NCBI RefSeq assembly: GCF_006345805.1
Contig: NC_042998.1
Span: 168,516,001-168,580,000 of the forward strand
DNA length: 64,000 bases
Direction of reading: 5' to 3'
DNA from: Octopus sinensis
Lineage: Eukaryota
Part shown: positions 12,024-26,859 of the stretch, piece by piece
Numbering within the stretch: the first letter of the stretch is position 1
How the letters are laid out: every line of letters starts with the position of its first letter
Notes under the pieces: model-generated
What the model was told of the DNA's origin: nothing
Seen by the model: the letters and a program-made list of their open reading frames with translations, nothing else
The model's database searches: none
Made by a program: the position numbers and the translations under genes

Positions 12024-13070
12024 CACAGGTAAGTAGATCAGTGATGTCACTCATTTTCGTATTTGGTCCAAGCCCGTGCGTACTGAACGCAATACAAAAG
12101 GTTATGAGCAACTTATACGTGTGTGTTATTATTAGCGTGGTCGATTAGCAAAATCTTTAGATTATCAGATTAAATACCTTGAGGCATTGTTCCTGTTTTT
12201 TAAGCATTGTGTTTAAATTCCGCAGAGGTTAACTATGTCTGTCATCTTTCTGAGGCCGATAAAATAAAGTAACAATCTAGTACTGGAATCAATTGTATCG
12301 CCTAACTCCTTCCTATTAGATGTTATTGTTGCCTCCGTGTAACATGTTTGTGTATAGAAGTCTATAGCTTGTATTTTGTTGTGTTTGGCAAAATTTGAAT
12401 TACAATTTAGAACGTCTTATTCTGCTAAACTATTACTGAAGGAGGTGTGGAGTAGGTTTTTCTCCTACTTATGGGAAAAACCTTTTCAAGATATCTATTT
12501 TGCTAATGGAGATTCAATACAATATGTCGACAAGAAAGTTTACACACACAACACACAAAAACAAAGTGTTTATAAATAAAAATATAAATATTCAAGAGAT
12601 AATGGTATATGTCTGGTGTCGCCAATACAAATAAGAGCTTATCGCTCATTAAGATTAAAAACAGGGGCAACAATAGTGAAATATTCCGCCCAGAGTTTCC
12701 TTTCCACTTTTTCTGCACATCTAAGATATAAAAGTAATAGGGTGTTTTTTTTTAACGTTCTTATAGCTTCCTCTCAGAACTAAGGTTTTATAGTATTTAT
12801 GATTATTTCAGTCTTTCTTATTCAACCTGTGCAGTGCAGAAAATATGCATCGCTCAATTATTTAATGGCAAGTGGTCAACAGCACAAATATGCAAATTAA
12901 GCTATCTATTAGGTGAACTACTGAATATCTGGGGGAAGGGAATCGGGTATTCCCTATCTGAGGAGCGTTCGCAGTTTGTTGAAGAAATACATCTATTTGC
13001 TTAGACTTGCCACTCAGTGCCGATGGTTTCTTATATTTGAATTGCTATTATTATTTATTATTATTATTAC

Positions 13071-13128
<58 letters not shown>

Positions 13129-14449
13129 GGAGTGCATTCCGTTTTGCTTCTTGTGTGAAGTATGCATTTCACTGGTGTGCAGTAAACCCTACAAATATTT
13201 CCTTACGGTGAAAAGTTGCTTTGTGAAGGCTTAAAAATTGAATTAGAGTAAAATTGATGAGATTTAGGAATGAAGTAATAATGATTTCAAATTTTGACAC
13301 AAGCTCAGCAATTTCGGGAGTGGGGCCAAGTAGATTACTTTGATCCAAGCGCTCAACTGGTAGTTATTTTATCGATCCTGAAATGCAAAGTCGACCTCGG
13401 TGGAGGTAAGAAGTAATAATAGAAAGAAATGGATTAGACAAGAAGCCAGCGACTAAATGTGAGGTGTGGATAAAGAAAGGCATCGAGGCCGAGGTTCAAG
13501 CAACAAGAATGGTCTTCGAATGTGTCTTCAATGCGAAACTCAAAGAGCATGCACCTTGTTAAAGACGTGGGACATACTCTTAATTGAGAGGGAACGAAAG
13601 CAGTATGGTGTTTCCAGATGACAGAGGCGTGAGGTGACAAGTTCCAATTAATTTTATGTCGAGTTGAAAGGAAGTGTTTCAAAACGTAGATTTATAGCAG
13701 TCTTTTGCTCAACTGCTTAAGGTGGATGATAGCCCAGAGTGAGGAGTCGATGGCTTGCTGCGACTTTCACCAGTATATGTTTATAGAGAGGAAAATTTGC
13801 TTTCTTGGTTAGTATTCTTTATATATGCCATACTTTTTTGCCTACATCCTGGCAGACGTCTACTGTAAGTGGTTGCAGAAGGGGAGAATTTACAGCTATG
13901 CGAGCTGGAGATTGGTAATGCTGCCCCATTCTCTATAAATTTATTGAAACGTTGGGGAAAAGGGTAAGCATAGCATGGGTGTATAGAACTACTTTCAAAA
14001 ATGTGCCTGAAATGAAAGGAAAAATATATTATAGTATGTAGACAAACTGCAATAGAACTCATGAAATATATTATTACTTTGTAGTTTATACATAATAAAT
14101 ATAATATATTAACTCGATTTATTATTAAATATATATAAATTTTGCTGCAATATGAAAATTGATTTAACTTGTGTCAGTAAGTAAATTTAAAAATTAATTT
14201 CTTTACTCCCCAGGTCAATCTTTTTTAAATATATTGACATTGCCCATTTTTAAAACTTTGTTGAACTGATTTTTTGGTGATGCAGATGAAGGTTAGTATC
14301 CGAAAAATTCTAGTGTATAACCACGGAATAATGTAACTTAGTAAACAGACATAGGCGTCTTGTTAAGAAGTTCTCATTGCAAATACGTGGCTCCAGATCT
14401 GATCTCGCCGAGCACAGCTTTGTGTTAACTAAAGCATTCTTAGTGATAC

Positions 14450-16981
14450 TCATAATTCTCGATGACGCATTCTGGTTTATGATCGTACCATTTCAACGTC
14501 TTTCAAGGCCTCGTTTCTTACACAATCTCCTGTGAACATACGACGTTATCGTGCTTCCTTTTGTATACCTTTTGGACCAGATCGCTAAACTCGCAATATG
14601 TGAGACTGTTTCATTTTTGATGCCACACAGTCTACAAAGGGACGATTCACTACACTTATCTTGTTCCTGAGCTCTGTATCAGTGCTTCAGGGTTTCTTTT
14701 CAGATCACTTTTCATAGCCATAGGTGTTGGTCTTGTCTTTGCCGTCCATTTCTCTGAGGTATTACCCATGCATCGTTTCCATTTTCAAGTTGTTCAATCT
14801 TTGTTTTCCGTCTTGTTTCTTAAATGTTTTTGGATGTGTCACATTTTCACTGGGTATCGTGTTATTTTACAAGCAGATGTTCAATCTGCTGTTTGTTGTA
14901 CCATCCAAGGCAGTTTTTCTAATTGACAACACAGATCTTGCATTCTTTGAGACCACTTCCTTACTTGTTTCTCAGCACACAAAGTCAATCTATATCACTT
15001 TTAGTATGCAGTTCCTTGTTCATTGTCATCACTTTCCTGTTTTTCTGTCCATTTCCCCACGCTCATTCTTTGTCCATCTAATAACACCTGCGCCGTGTCG
15101 CGTTAAGGAAATAAACCCATTTACTCATTGCTCTGATATTATTCTTTCCACTGAGGCGACCCTCCGTAATTTATTTGATTCTTCTCGTCTAAAGCTTTCT
15201 TTCATCTCACTTTCCTTGATTTTGTCATATTCCAAAATATCAAATTACTTATATCCACCACCTCTACATTCCTGATTTCTTTTGCCGTTAGGTAGTTCTA
15301 CATCATAACACTACTTTGTCATTTATTTATGATTAGCATACCATACATTTTAATCCCATATTCCATACAATAACCTTACTGAATATTTGTACTGCTTGCC
15401 ATTTATTCAAGGCATGTTTTATATATTTTATTGTTGATACCACTTTGTTCATGGCTAGTGTTTCCAGGATATATGTATGGAGGATACCGTCAAGAGCCTT
15501 CCAGTAATCGATCCAAACCGTCTTGGACCATTCTTTTTCCTTCGGCAGCCCTCAGTTATGGCTTTGTTGATCATTAATTGGTCTTTACAGCCATTTCATC
15601 CTTTATAGCATCCTTTCTGTTCTTCTGGAAACAGGCTGTTACCTTCTATATGTCTGCCTGTTCTTTGCGATATTATTACAGTTAAAGCTTTATAAACTGT
15701 AAGGAGATATGTTATGGGTCTGTAGTTTTACGGCTTTGTAGTTTCAGTGGATTTGGGACTTCAGATGGTTTTCCCTTCTGCGAACCGTTCAGGTGTTGTC
15801 TCTGGCTCCTCCATTAGTATCTCATTGAACTTCTCTGCCAGCGCCTTATGTGTCCCTATTTAATATATTAGCCAGGAATTGGGGATCTTATCGTGCCCCG
15901 GCACCTTCTAGCTGCTTAGTTTATTCAATGCATGGGTTAATACGTCCTTTATTATAGGTGTCCAGATCTGTTTAAGTACTGTGTTTGTTGTATTAATTGA
16001 TCTTTTCTGAGGTAAGTTCATTCACCGCTCATACTTTTTCCAAAAATTTTTCCACTTTTCCTTCCGTTTGTGTTGCACTGATCCCTATTTTATTTTAACC
16101 GAGTTCTTTGTAGAAACGTTTTGGATTGGAATTAAACTTTGCTTCGTTCAAAGAATCGTTGACATATTTATACCGACGAATTCTTTCCACTTTGGCGAAT
16201 ATATCTTGTTTTGTTGTTTTATATTTCTGTAGTATTTTTCTTTCTTTCTTGTTCAGTAGTGCTATTTTGTTACTAATTTCATTAAAGATTGACTGATCCT
16301 TTCTTTTAATTTCTATTCTTTTCTGGATATCAGTTTTCCATATCGTTTGTTTAGATTGTGATACTCGTATTTGGAAGGATTTGAGGACGTACCTACTTTT
16401 CTTTGTGGCCACAGAGGCTGCTGCATATATTATTTTATTTAGTTTGGTTATAATGACATTTGCTTCTGTTGCGAATAGTTTTATGGTGGCCGAATTTATA
16501 TTAATGTTCTATTATCAAGTCTAAGTTTTTGGAGGTACAGTCGGGGATCCTTATTGAGTTCTTCTGTGGTTTTTAATTCTTTGATTATACTCCTTCTTGA
16601 AGTATAATAATCAGAGTCTTTGGATACAATGTTTCCAGGTTTTAGTTTTGCTCTACATTTCTTCCCGTTTCCGTTTACGCTTGTGTTATTCTGTTTTTAT
16701 GCGTTTTGACCATCATTATTCATTCCTAGGGTTTGGGTTCGTTTTGTTTCGTTACTTCGTTTTCGTTGCAAGTTATGTCTACCTTCGTGTTTTACAATAC
16801 GAGTACTTATTTTGTTATTGGTATTGTTCTATGTGCATTATTTGCGTTTTCATGACGTGCTTTTTCTTTTAAATGCTCTGTTTCAATTTCTGCTACATTT
16901 TGTTTTGAGAATTATCTCCTTATATTGCATAATTTGTTAGGGTTCATCGATATATCCAGATCTGGGTTATTTTCCTTCCAG

Positions 16982-16982
<1 letters not shown>
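14450..16982 (-). mobile_element. Decayed R4/Dong-like (REL-clade) non-LTR retrotransposon
   Basis: Minus frames give NPKRFYKEL, NYRPIT, GCKDQLMINKA, LHTKSDIDRL and CRLCGIKNETVSHI (CCHC knuckle), with many stops and frameshifts. The 5' end abuts the (TTA)n at 16983. Confidence 0.8.
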
Positions 16983-17035
<53 letters not shown>

Positions 17036-17067
17036 CATCATTATTATTATTATTATTATTATCATCA

Positions 17068-17107
<40 letters not shown>

Positions 17108-17116
17108 TACTATTAC

Positions 17117-17155
<39 letters not shown>

Positions 17156-17175
17156 TATTATTATTATTATTATTA

Positions 17176-17218
<43 letters not shown>

Positions 17219-17225
17219 CATTATT
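16983..17225. repeat. (TTA)n microsatellite
   Basis: Directly visible; further (TTA)n tracts at 17689-17846, 18400-18481 and 19013-19125. Confidence 0.95.
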
Positions 17226-17821
<596 letters not shown>

Positions 17822-17846
17822 CATCATCATCATCATTAGTATTATT

Positions 17847-17972
17847 GAGTGAGAGAGCAATGCATGCCATCAAAGTGACATTGGAGTACACATATATGAA
17901 GCTCAATATACCCATCATGTATACCTGTCAGATAAGTGTTCACCAGACACATGCATCACAACCATGTGTGTA
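17847..17972 (-). mobile_element. Truncated copy of the TAA-associated element (only the GAGTGAGAGAG end kept)
   Basis: GAGTGAGAGAGCAATGCATGCCATCAAAGTGACA matches the corresponding end of the other copies. Confidence 0.75.
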
Positions 17973-18019
17973 CAATATAACAACAACAACACTAACACCA
18001 CCACCAACAACAACAAGAA

Positions 18020-18392
18020 TAATGGAAATATCTGTGTTAGATCGAAAAGAGAAAGGGGAGCATAAAAGCGAATAAAAATACAGGGCGCTGAAAAAGAAGT
18101 ATAATATTGAAAGAAAGGGCCTGAAAGTAGTAGTGAAGGAGCTGAAACAGGCCTCGATGCAAAGAAAGCAAAGATGGTAAGATACGGTCAAAGAATGAAG
18201 GGTTACTACCAGAATAGGTTATTCCGGGTAGATCAGAAGAGATTCTATAAAGAAATAAATGGAGGGTGTACAGATGAAAAGTTGATACTAGATAACGTCG
18301 AAAGTCAAAGATTTTGGAGTGACATCTGGAGCACAAACAAGGAGCACAAGAAGGATGCTGAATGGTTGCAAGAACTGAAATACACAATAGTC
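18020..18392 (+). mobile_element. R4/Dong-like LINE fragment (pre-RT region)
   Basis: RYGQRMKGYYQNRLFRVDQKRFYKEIN...FWSDIWS...HKKDAEWL resembles the region upstream of RT in REL-clade LINEs and parallels NPKRFYKEL near 16100. Confidence 0.6.
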
Positions 18393-18432
18393 TGTCCAAT
18401 TATTATCATTATTATTATTATTATTATTATTA

Positions 18433-18481
<49 letters not shown>

Positions 18482-19011
18482 GAGTGAGAGACTAGAACAT
18501 GCCATCAAAGTGACACTGGGGTAAAATATATAAAGCCCAGTATATCTATCATGACTACCCGTCTGATAAGGGTACACCAGGCACATGCATCACAACCATA
18601 TATACACGACATGGTGATCTCATGTTAGGATAAACAGCACATAAACTTGGAGATGGGGCCCAGTTAGAATTTTCTTCAGGTTGAGTAGCCCATCCCACTC
18701 AAATGGTCCTTGAATACGGTTTATTTAAGGATGATGAACAAAACACCCATGTTTCCAGAGGTGAATTATTCAAGCTCCAAAGAATTTCTCTCAACACATG
18801 GCTATGATTCTCCCCCACTACTTCTGATCATGATCAGAGATGCACATTTTGTCAGCCATTAAGGAACATGCTCAACCGGTTTAGGTAAAACAACTGACAA
18901 GCAAATCTGTGGTATTGAGCAGAATATTTGCTGTAGCCCATCTTTTACAGCAATCAAAACGTGTGCATGATAACACTTCCAATCAGTTAAGAAGCCTTGA
19001 GAGCCAGTGCC

Positions 19012-19012
<1 letters not shown>
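18482..19012 (-). mobile_element. TAA-associated ~600-bp element, near complete
   Basis: Colinear with the reverse complement of 35049-35652; (TTA)n on both sides. Confidence 0.8.
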
Positions 19013-19080
<68 letters not shown>

Positions 19081-19083
19081 CAT

Positions 19084-19115
<32 letters not shown>

Positions 19116-19979
19116 TCATCATCATTTGAAGTTACAAACGAGAAAAATGCTTTTACGAATTCGTGTTTTTTTATATTTTTTTAATACTATTGATCAAGAT
19201 TTCCAAGTTGAATTTTTTTATATTATGTTTATATCAACTTGTTATACACCGAGATGACGAGTCTTTTTTTATCCTTTTAGGGAAGAAAATCCTTTACAAT
19301 TTGAACACATTTAAAAAATGTTTCCTGTCAAGCACATTTTAAAAATATTTGTAAAATTGGCCTCCTTGAGGTGGCAGCAGAAGGAAAATCCCAAAGGTGG
19401 TAGTAACCTATGCACGTTCATTTCCCAAAAAATTAGCAGGTTTAAAAAAAAATGAAATTTAAACAGAAAGCAAAGCAGAAAGGAATGCCATTTGAACAAA
19501 CAGATACACTGGCTTTGACAAATACAATTGCAAATACAAACTGACATACTGCAAACTGTGGAAAATTAGAATGAATCGCTGCACATAGGTTGGCTGAGAG
19601 AAAAAATATAAAATTTTATAAAAACATAGAAGAGATATATTATAATACACAGAGCTCTCTTTCTCGAAGAATTGATCCAGATGGGGCAAGGAAAGACATA
19701 ATTACTTTCTCGAAAATCCGAAGGAACTTCTATAAACTTACAAACATGGGTCCACCGATGTGTAGAATGATATGTTATCCATTGAAAGAGACAGAGAGAA
19801 AATGAAAGTGTGTTGCCTTTAAAACTGAAGAAGAGGTGAGATGAAATACAAAACTAGGGTTCTACGAACCTGTCTATTGGATGGTACCGCAATATGAGGA
19901 AACGAAATATATAGTTCGATATTTAACATCATTTCTGGAATAATAATAGAATTTAGTTTAGCAGTTAAAGGGTTCATTC

Positions 19980-20450
19980 TGGAACTACTTAATTACTTAA
20001 TTTATTTGAAGAACTACCAATAATCAAGCTGATGGAACTCTCTCAAATGCTTTTACTAAAGACGATTAGGTTTATCCTCCAAGTCTTCTGACATTGCTTT
20101 CTTAACCAGAAGTTTTGCTGTAATTCCAAATATTTCTCCACCCCATTCCCTAAGATTTTGCATTTTTCCATATGTTCATACATTCTATCAGAATATATAT
20201 CGTTGCTATTATGAAAAAGTGCCGTAAGTCCAAAACGTTGCTTTTTCAGAAAACGAAAAAATAGTTTCACCATTCCATAGCAATCTGAAGCAACTAAAGA
20301 TACAATAGTTTTGTCCAAAACAACCGGTTATTGCAAGCAAAAATAAATATTGAAATAAACGCATTTGGCCAAATTTGGACGTACGACAGTTTAACATAAT
20401 AGCAGTGATAGGTGTCAAAGTTTTAAACGTTATGGAGCAGCAAGTTTTTG
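19980..20450 (-). pseudogene. Highly decayed LINE reverse-transcriptase fragment
   Basis: SDRMYEHMEKCKIL and LVKAFERVP resemble RT domain 1-3 motifs; spread over several frames. Confidence 0.4.
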
Positions 20451-22899
20451 AGGATAGCATAAGTGTTGTTTTGTTTTTCAACAACCAGCCTTATATTATT
20501 TGTGTGTGCTTGTAAGAATATGAAAGATTTGTAGCTGCTAATATTTTTTTCTTAAACTATAATCACTTCCTATCACTTCAATGTGCATTACTGTTGAACC
20601 TTCTTGAAAATATGCAGCTATTTTACTGTGATTGATAGTTTTCCTGACATATCCCCTTAGCCTTTTTCTACTTTTCTGACGACATTTTGATGTCTATATT
20701 TGACATTTTATTTTCAATAGAATGCTCTGAAATATATCAAAATAAGTTTTTTTCTTTTTAAGAAAAAGACCTGCTCCACTTGCACTTGCACTTGCACATC
20801 TGACATAATACAATTACTTCTTTTATTTATCTATTTATTTATCTATTTTGTAATCTGCAGTTTCTGGCTGCAGCTAAAGTTGATGGCTCTGCTGCTGTTT
20901 GTTCCTCTCTCTCTTTTCCCTTCTCTCTTGCTTTCTTTTCCCCTCTCCCCTTCCTCCTCTCTCTTTTCCCTCATCTGATTTTTCACCTCTTTAGAGCATA
21001 AAACAGTTGATTGGTTGTTACTGACACATGTCTAACAACTGGGCTAATTTGCCCTGAGCAACCAGAAGCTTATGCATATACCATGATCACTTGTCGATTT
21101 TAGTTACATCGGCACCCACAAACCTATCCGTACTATGTAGCAAAAGTGATGAGGAGTCAAAGGAGAATATAACTGTCAATTGCTCTGGCTGTGACTCTGT
21201 TTTGCTCTAACTGTTGGCAGTTGTGCGTGGCACACTAAATCAGATTATTTCGTTACTTTATCCTCCGTCATAATAACCAGATATATAACTCCATATGCCC
21301 ATTCGCAGCTGCTGGAAACCACAATAGTCTATATATCAGACAATTTCTTTCAACAGCTCGTTGGAGAGTATACTGAAAACCTCCCAACATTTTTGTAGGT
21401 AGAGGTAATATCATTTTCGTTCTTGTCATTTCTTGAATAAAATTGTCAGGCAGGGAAGCAGCTCAAGACATACTTGCTGAACTATACTAATTTTTTTAAG
21501 CGTTGACACGTATTCCGAATTGCTTTTTCGCAAGCAAAATCGCCAAAAGATTCACTATGTTTTATTTTCGTTGTTGGTTGGGAAACCATCAGTTCATGTT
21601 GTACGGAGCAAATGTCAATTACTTTATATGTGTCGTTATATTTTGTTACTATTTAGAGTGGTGAACTGGTAGAATGTTTGGTGGCACTTTGAGTTCAAAT
21701 TCCGCCAAGGTCGACTTTACCTTTCATTCTTTTGGGGTCGATGAAATTAGTACCAGTGGCGCATCAGGATTGATATAACCGTCTTAACCTCACCGCCAAA
21801 GTTTCAGGCTTTGTGCTTATAATATAAAATAAATTTATCAAATTATTTTATTTTAATTCATATTTACAAAATCTTCGAAAAATAAAAAAAACTGCCCAAA
21901 AGTTTTGAAGATGTGTAATCCAAACATAAAAAGGACAACTGAATTTTTACAAAATGAAGTAATAACATGCACAATCAGCTTTGCTGACAAACGGTGCTAT
22001 TTTCCAACTCAAAACTTAAAAAATATTCAAAAGCTTAGTAATCCAAAAATGAGATTTTCCATGAAGTACAGGCACAATAATCTGATTCTTCCACGGAGCA
22101 ATATCCGAATATGTCCTTTTCCCTCAAAACTCAACAGCAACACGAATGTTTCTATTTTAATTTTGGCTTTAAGTCAGAACTTTTAAAGGTGGGTATTATT
22201 TGATACCCTTGACCTCAGTTCATGACTGGCACTTGATTTTTATCGACGTCCTAAAGAATGAAATCTAAAAATACCATCGGCAGGATTTGAACTCAGAACA
22301 TAACGTGCAGAAACAAATAATGCGAGAATTTGTCTGATGTTTCAATGATTCTGCTAGATCGTCACCTTAGTAAAAATAATGCTTTCCCCATTAACCACAC
22401 ACTATTGACAAAAGGATTGAGAAAGGTACGCGACGCCCATTGTGGGGGCACATAAAAATCAGTGTAAACAAAAGAAAGAACAAAAGCAAGAATTCAAAAA
22501 CAAAAAACTTCTAAAAATGTGGTAAAACCTCCGAGAACTAATCGTAGAAACACCACAAAACTTTGATCACCCAGACCACTAAGGCAAGCAACTTCCCCCA
22601 TATCTGTCTCTTCAGTCTCATGAACCTTTGGACAACTTTGTTGGGGAACAAAGTTTCCTTTTTCTTTTTCAAGAGAAATTTGAAAAACTTGATCAGACCT
22701 TGAAGCCTTCAGTCGTGTCTACCACACAAACTTTTTCGCCAATGATATCAGATAGACATTTTCACAATGGATTTGATTTAATTTACTTCCAGTTAGAAAT
22801 CAAGTTTAAATTATCAGATAAACGAGCACATGTCGCTTTAAATTTAACGGATAACTAGCCAGGATTCAGCAAATCATAATTTCTCTCTAGCCTGCAATG

Positions 22900-23680
22900 T
22901 GTCTGCAGCCAAAAACTTTAAATAAAATGCTTACCAATCGAGATTATACTGTCTTTTATTAGTCATACTGTATCTAACACTACGCTATGTTTGGCGGTTT
23001 GATGTAACTCAGAAGGATTTGGCTTTCGTTGATAGAAAGTTCAGCAACCGTCGGTTCCCAATGATTAAGAAAATAGCGTTGTTAGAAAGGTCGATTCGCG
23101 AGCAAATAATTTAATGTGACAAGTTGATATTTCGAGGAGGTAACATTCCTAGTTTTAAGCAGCAGTTAGCTTTCGCAAAAGTGACGAATAATTAGTTCCA
23201 CACATCCATATTTTCTGCTCATTATTCCTGGGAAGGTCGTTGGAATAGAGTCCTTCAAAGACTCCTGTCAGAAGCAACCGACATTAAACTTTCCGACTGG
23301 AATCTACATTGAGACAATAGATATTAATCCACCATCTCATCCTTAGTCTATCCTAAGATACCCTGCTGTTTGGCTTGTTTTGAAATTCTTTTCTGTAACA
23401 TTCTAATCACATGTCCGTAATACTTGATTGGTGACATCTCAGTGCGGAGAAGCAGCGGCTCGACCAGGAAAGACTTCCCGAAACTTCGAGCTGCGCACCC
23501 TGTCCAACAGTTATATCGCATCATCCGTGACGTGGTTTAAAAAGGGACGTATTCGGATCTTAGGTAGAGAGTTTCGTTCGTAAAATATATTGTAGTCTCC
23601 ATCCAATGCCGGTACAACTAACAATAATCTGGCAACCTGGTCTAGGAGTTATTGGGATGGAAGCACGAAGGATGCTCTGA
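22900..23680 (-). pseudogene. Possible very old LINE RT relic (L1/Tx1-like)
   Basis: GC-richer than the surroundings, with only weak motif resemblance near a putative YADD region. Confidence 0.25.
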
Positions 23681-23780
23681 AGTGGGTCCATCTGAAGGAT
23701 GCTCTGAAGGGAAAAACTGTGAGGGGATAATTAGTTATAAATAATTATTCATGAATAGATAATTTTTTTATGGTATTATA

Positions 23781-24175
23781 GGCGTAGGAGTGGCTTTGTG
23801 GTAAGTAGCTTGCTTACGAACCACATGGTTCCGGGTTCAGTCCCACTGCGTGGTACCTTGGGCAAGTGTCTTCTACTATAGCCTCGGGCCGACCAAAGCA
23901 TTGTGAGTGGATTTGGTAGACGGAAACTGAAAGAAGCCCGTCGTATATGTGTATGTATATGTGTTTGTTTGTTTGTATATCTGTGTTTGTCCACCCAACA
24001 TCGCTTGACGACAGATGCTAGTGTGTTTACGTCCCCCGTAACTTAGCGTTTCGGCAAAAGGGCCCGATAGAATAAGTACTAGGCTTACAAAGAATAAGTC
24101 CTGAGTCGATTTGCTCGACTAAAGGCGGTGTTTCAGCATGGCCACAGTCAAATGACTGAAACAAGTAAAAGAGTA
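23781..24175 (+). mobile_element. Octopus CORE-like tRNA-derived SINE, full length
   Basis: tRNA-like head (GTGGCTTTGTGGT...GGTTCAGTCCC), CCTTGGGCAAGT core, internal (TA/TG)n, tail GACTGAAACAAGTAAAAGAGTA. Confidence 0.85.
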
Positions 24176-24919
24176 TATATATATATCAAGTTGCTGTGAA
24201 ATTAGGCTCTGTGAGTCAACGAAAGCACTGAACTAATTAGTTTCGTTGTCCTTACAACTTATCCGGGTATAATTACCTCCCTTGATAGGTACCGAAAATT
24301 AAATAATTATTAAAATCTTAGCAAGATTATATCAAATACAATTCATTTATGTAGTGATATAACAGGACATTAATTACTAAAATACCAATACAGTATTTGG
24401 TTATGAATAAATATGTATATGCAGTCTAACCGTGAGGTCTAATTTCATAGGGAAACTAAATACATATGGATATGACTGTTTTCATACTTATTCACAACAT
24501 ATACTATATTAATAAACCAGTATTTAATGCACAGCCGTAAATCTTGTATCATTATGTAAATGAGTTGCGCTGCTCACAATCTTTACGTTTTGATAAATAG
24601 CCTTTTGCTACAAACGTTCAGTTACTTAGAATAAGGAAGTAAGAGAGTCTGAAGCTTCTTCTGATTCTATTGTTTCACTATATTTATCCATAACAAATTA
24701 TTCTTTAATTTTACGACACGAGCTCGCACACGCTGATACTCTCTTTCTTGCACCCTTTCTTTCTTTCTTTCTTTCTTTCTATGCCCCCCCCCCGCCTTCT
24801 ATCGTACTCTCACTGTCATGCATACGCATACATACACACATGCTCACGCAAATGAACAGTCATATTGATAAATTTATATACATAAAAATGTGTGTTCAAA
24901 TGCTTTCTATTTATCATAC

Positions 24920-24952
24920 TGTCTTAATGTACACACACGTACACACACACAA

Positions 24953-24988
<36 letters not shown>

Positions 24989-25135
24989 ACACACATTTAT
25001 GTACATACATATATACTCGTAAACATGCTGAGATACATCAATACATGAACGCATATGTATTCACACACCTGCTAGAGTCTCTTTTTTATCTCCCTTCCTT
25101 TCACACTCTAGCACACACACTTAAACACACACACA

Positions 25136-25200
<65 letters not shown>

Positions 25201-25223
25201 CCTATGACACACACACTCTCTCT

Positions 25224-25278
<55 letters not shown>

Positions 25279-25464
25279 CATATATATATGCATATATATA
25301 TATATACATACATATATGCATACATATATACATACATACATACATATATACATACATATATATATATATATACATACATAAATATATACATACATACATG
25401 CATACATATATACATACATACATAAATATATACATACATATATATATATACATACACATATATA

Positions 25465-25520
<56 letters not shown>

Positions 25521-25570
25521 CATATATATATATATGTACATGTGTGTGTGTGTGTGTGTGCATATACATT
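24920..25570. repeat. Compound (CA)n/(ATCT)n/(CT)n/(TA)n/(TG)n microsatellite
   Basis: Directly visible. Confidence 0.95.
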
Positions 25571-26187
25571 ACAATGTTGATGCCATAAAATTTCATTGAA
25601 ATACATCTCAACATAAGATTTGTGAAGAAAAAATAGTTCCTAATCATATAATTGCCAAAAGCATAGGGAGACAAGTAAATAAGGAATTGAAGTATAAGAA
25701 AGCAAAAATGTTTGAAGAAATATAAATAGCTGCTGAATAATATAGTTGTTGCAATATGCTGTTAATTTTGGAGCTAGATTCCCAAGTAGACCCCAGGAAG
25801 TAAGAGTGATAGAATATAGAAAAGAAAAATTAAAACTCAAAGTAATAAAAAGTAAATTAAAAAGTTTATGCAAATTAATGCAAAACGTGTTCAGTTTTGA
25901 ACGCTTCGGTACACAATGAAAATAATTTGAATGTAACTATACAGAACGAAATATTGAAATTCGTTTTATTAAAGGTGGGAGGGAATTTCGGTTAGTTTAT
26001 ATAAAAGAAGATTAAAAACTAATAATAGTATTGATAACTATAAATAATAATGTGCAAATATTGGATTAAAACTTTTTTGGTTATTTATAAGCTTAATCTA
26101 CTTCGAGATCCACTGTTCCCCAAATAATCATTTCACGTTCTCGATTCTTTAAATTATTGTAACGTCAACGATATTAAAAGGCTCTGT

Positions 26188-26491
26188 GGAGGTGCAATGG
26201 TCTAGTGGTTAGGGCAGCGGACTCGCGGTCGTAGGATCGCGGTTTCGATTCCCGGTCCGGGCGTTGTGAGTGTTTATTGAGCGAAAACACCTAAAAGCTC
26301 CACAAGGCTCCGGCAGGGGGTGGTGATCCCAGCTGTACTCTTTCACCACTCTTTCTCCCACTCTTTCTTCTGTTGGCCTGCTCGCTTAGCCAGCGGGGTG
26401 GCGTCATTCGAAGGCTAAAACAATGCGAACGCATTGTGACCAGCGATGTGTAACTACATCTGATGGACTGGTCGGTCACGTGATCACGTGA

Positions 26492-26492
<1 letters not shown>
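26188..26492 (+). mobile_element. tRNA-Arg-like-headed SINE (OR-type)
   Basis: Head GGTGCAATGGTCTAGTGG...GGACTCGCGG...GGTTTCGATTCC, tail GGTCACGTGATCACGTGAT, then (TA)n. GATATTAAAAGGCTC occurs at both 26170 and 26576 (TSD-like). Confidence 0.8.
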
Positions 26493-26555
<63 letters not shown>

Positions 26556-26859
26556 ATTAAGAGAATAAAAAATCAGATATTAAAAGGCTCAGGTTACCAG
26601 GGCGGCTCGAACCCACGTACACTTTACTCATAACAGACATTCTACCATTGATCCCAAGAAATCCTCTCCTGCTTACAGGAAGTGTGGGTTCGAGTTCCAC
26701 GAGCAGCCGTCGACTTTTTGTATCCAAAGGTTTTTTAACCCGATTTTTACAAGATTTATCTACTTCGAGATTCACCGTTCCAAAAATAACTCACGTTCTC
26801 GATGTTTCTAAGTTATTATAATGTCGACAGAATTAATGATATTTTAATAATTATATAAC

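Noticed and set aside
26188-26265. tRNA-like sequences here and at 23781, 43128 and 43280
   Set aside because: No complete acceptor stem, and they continue into SINE bodies; these are SINE heads, not tRNA genes.
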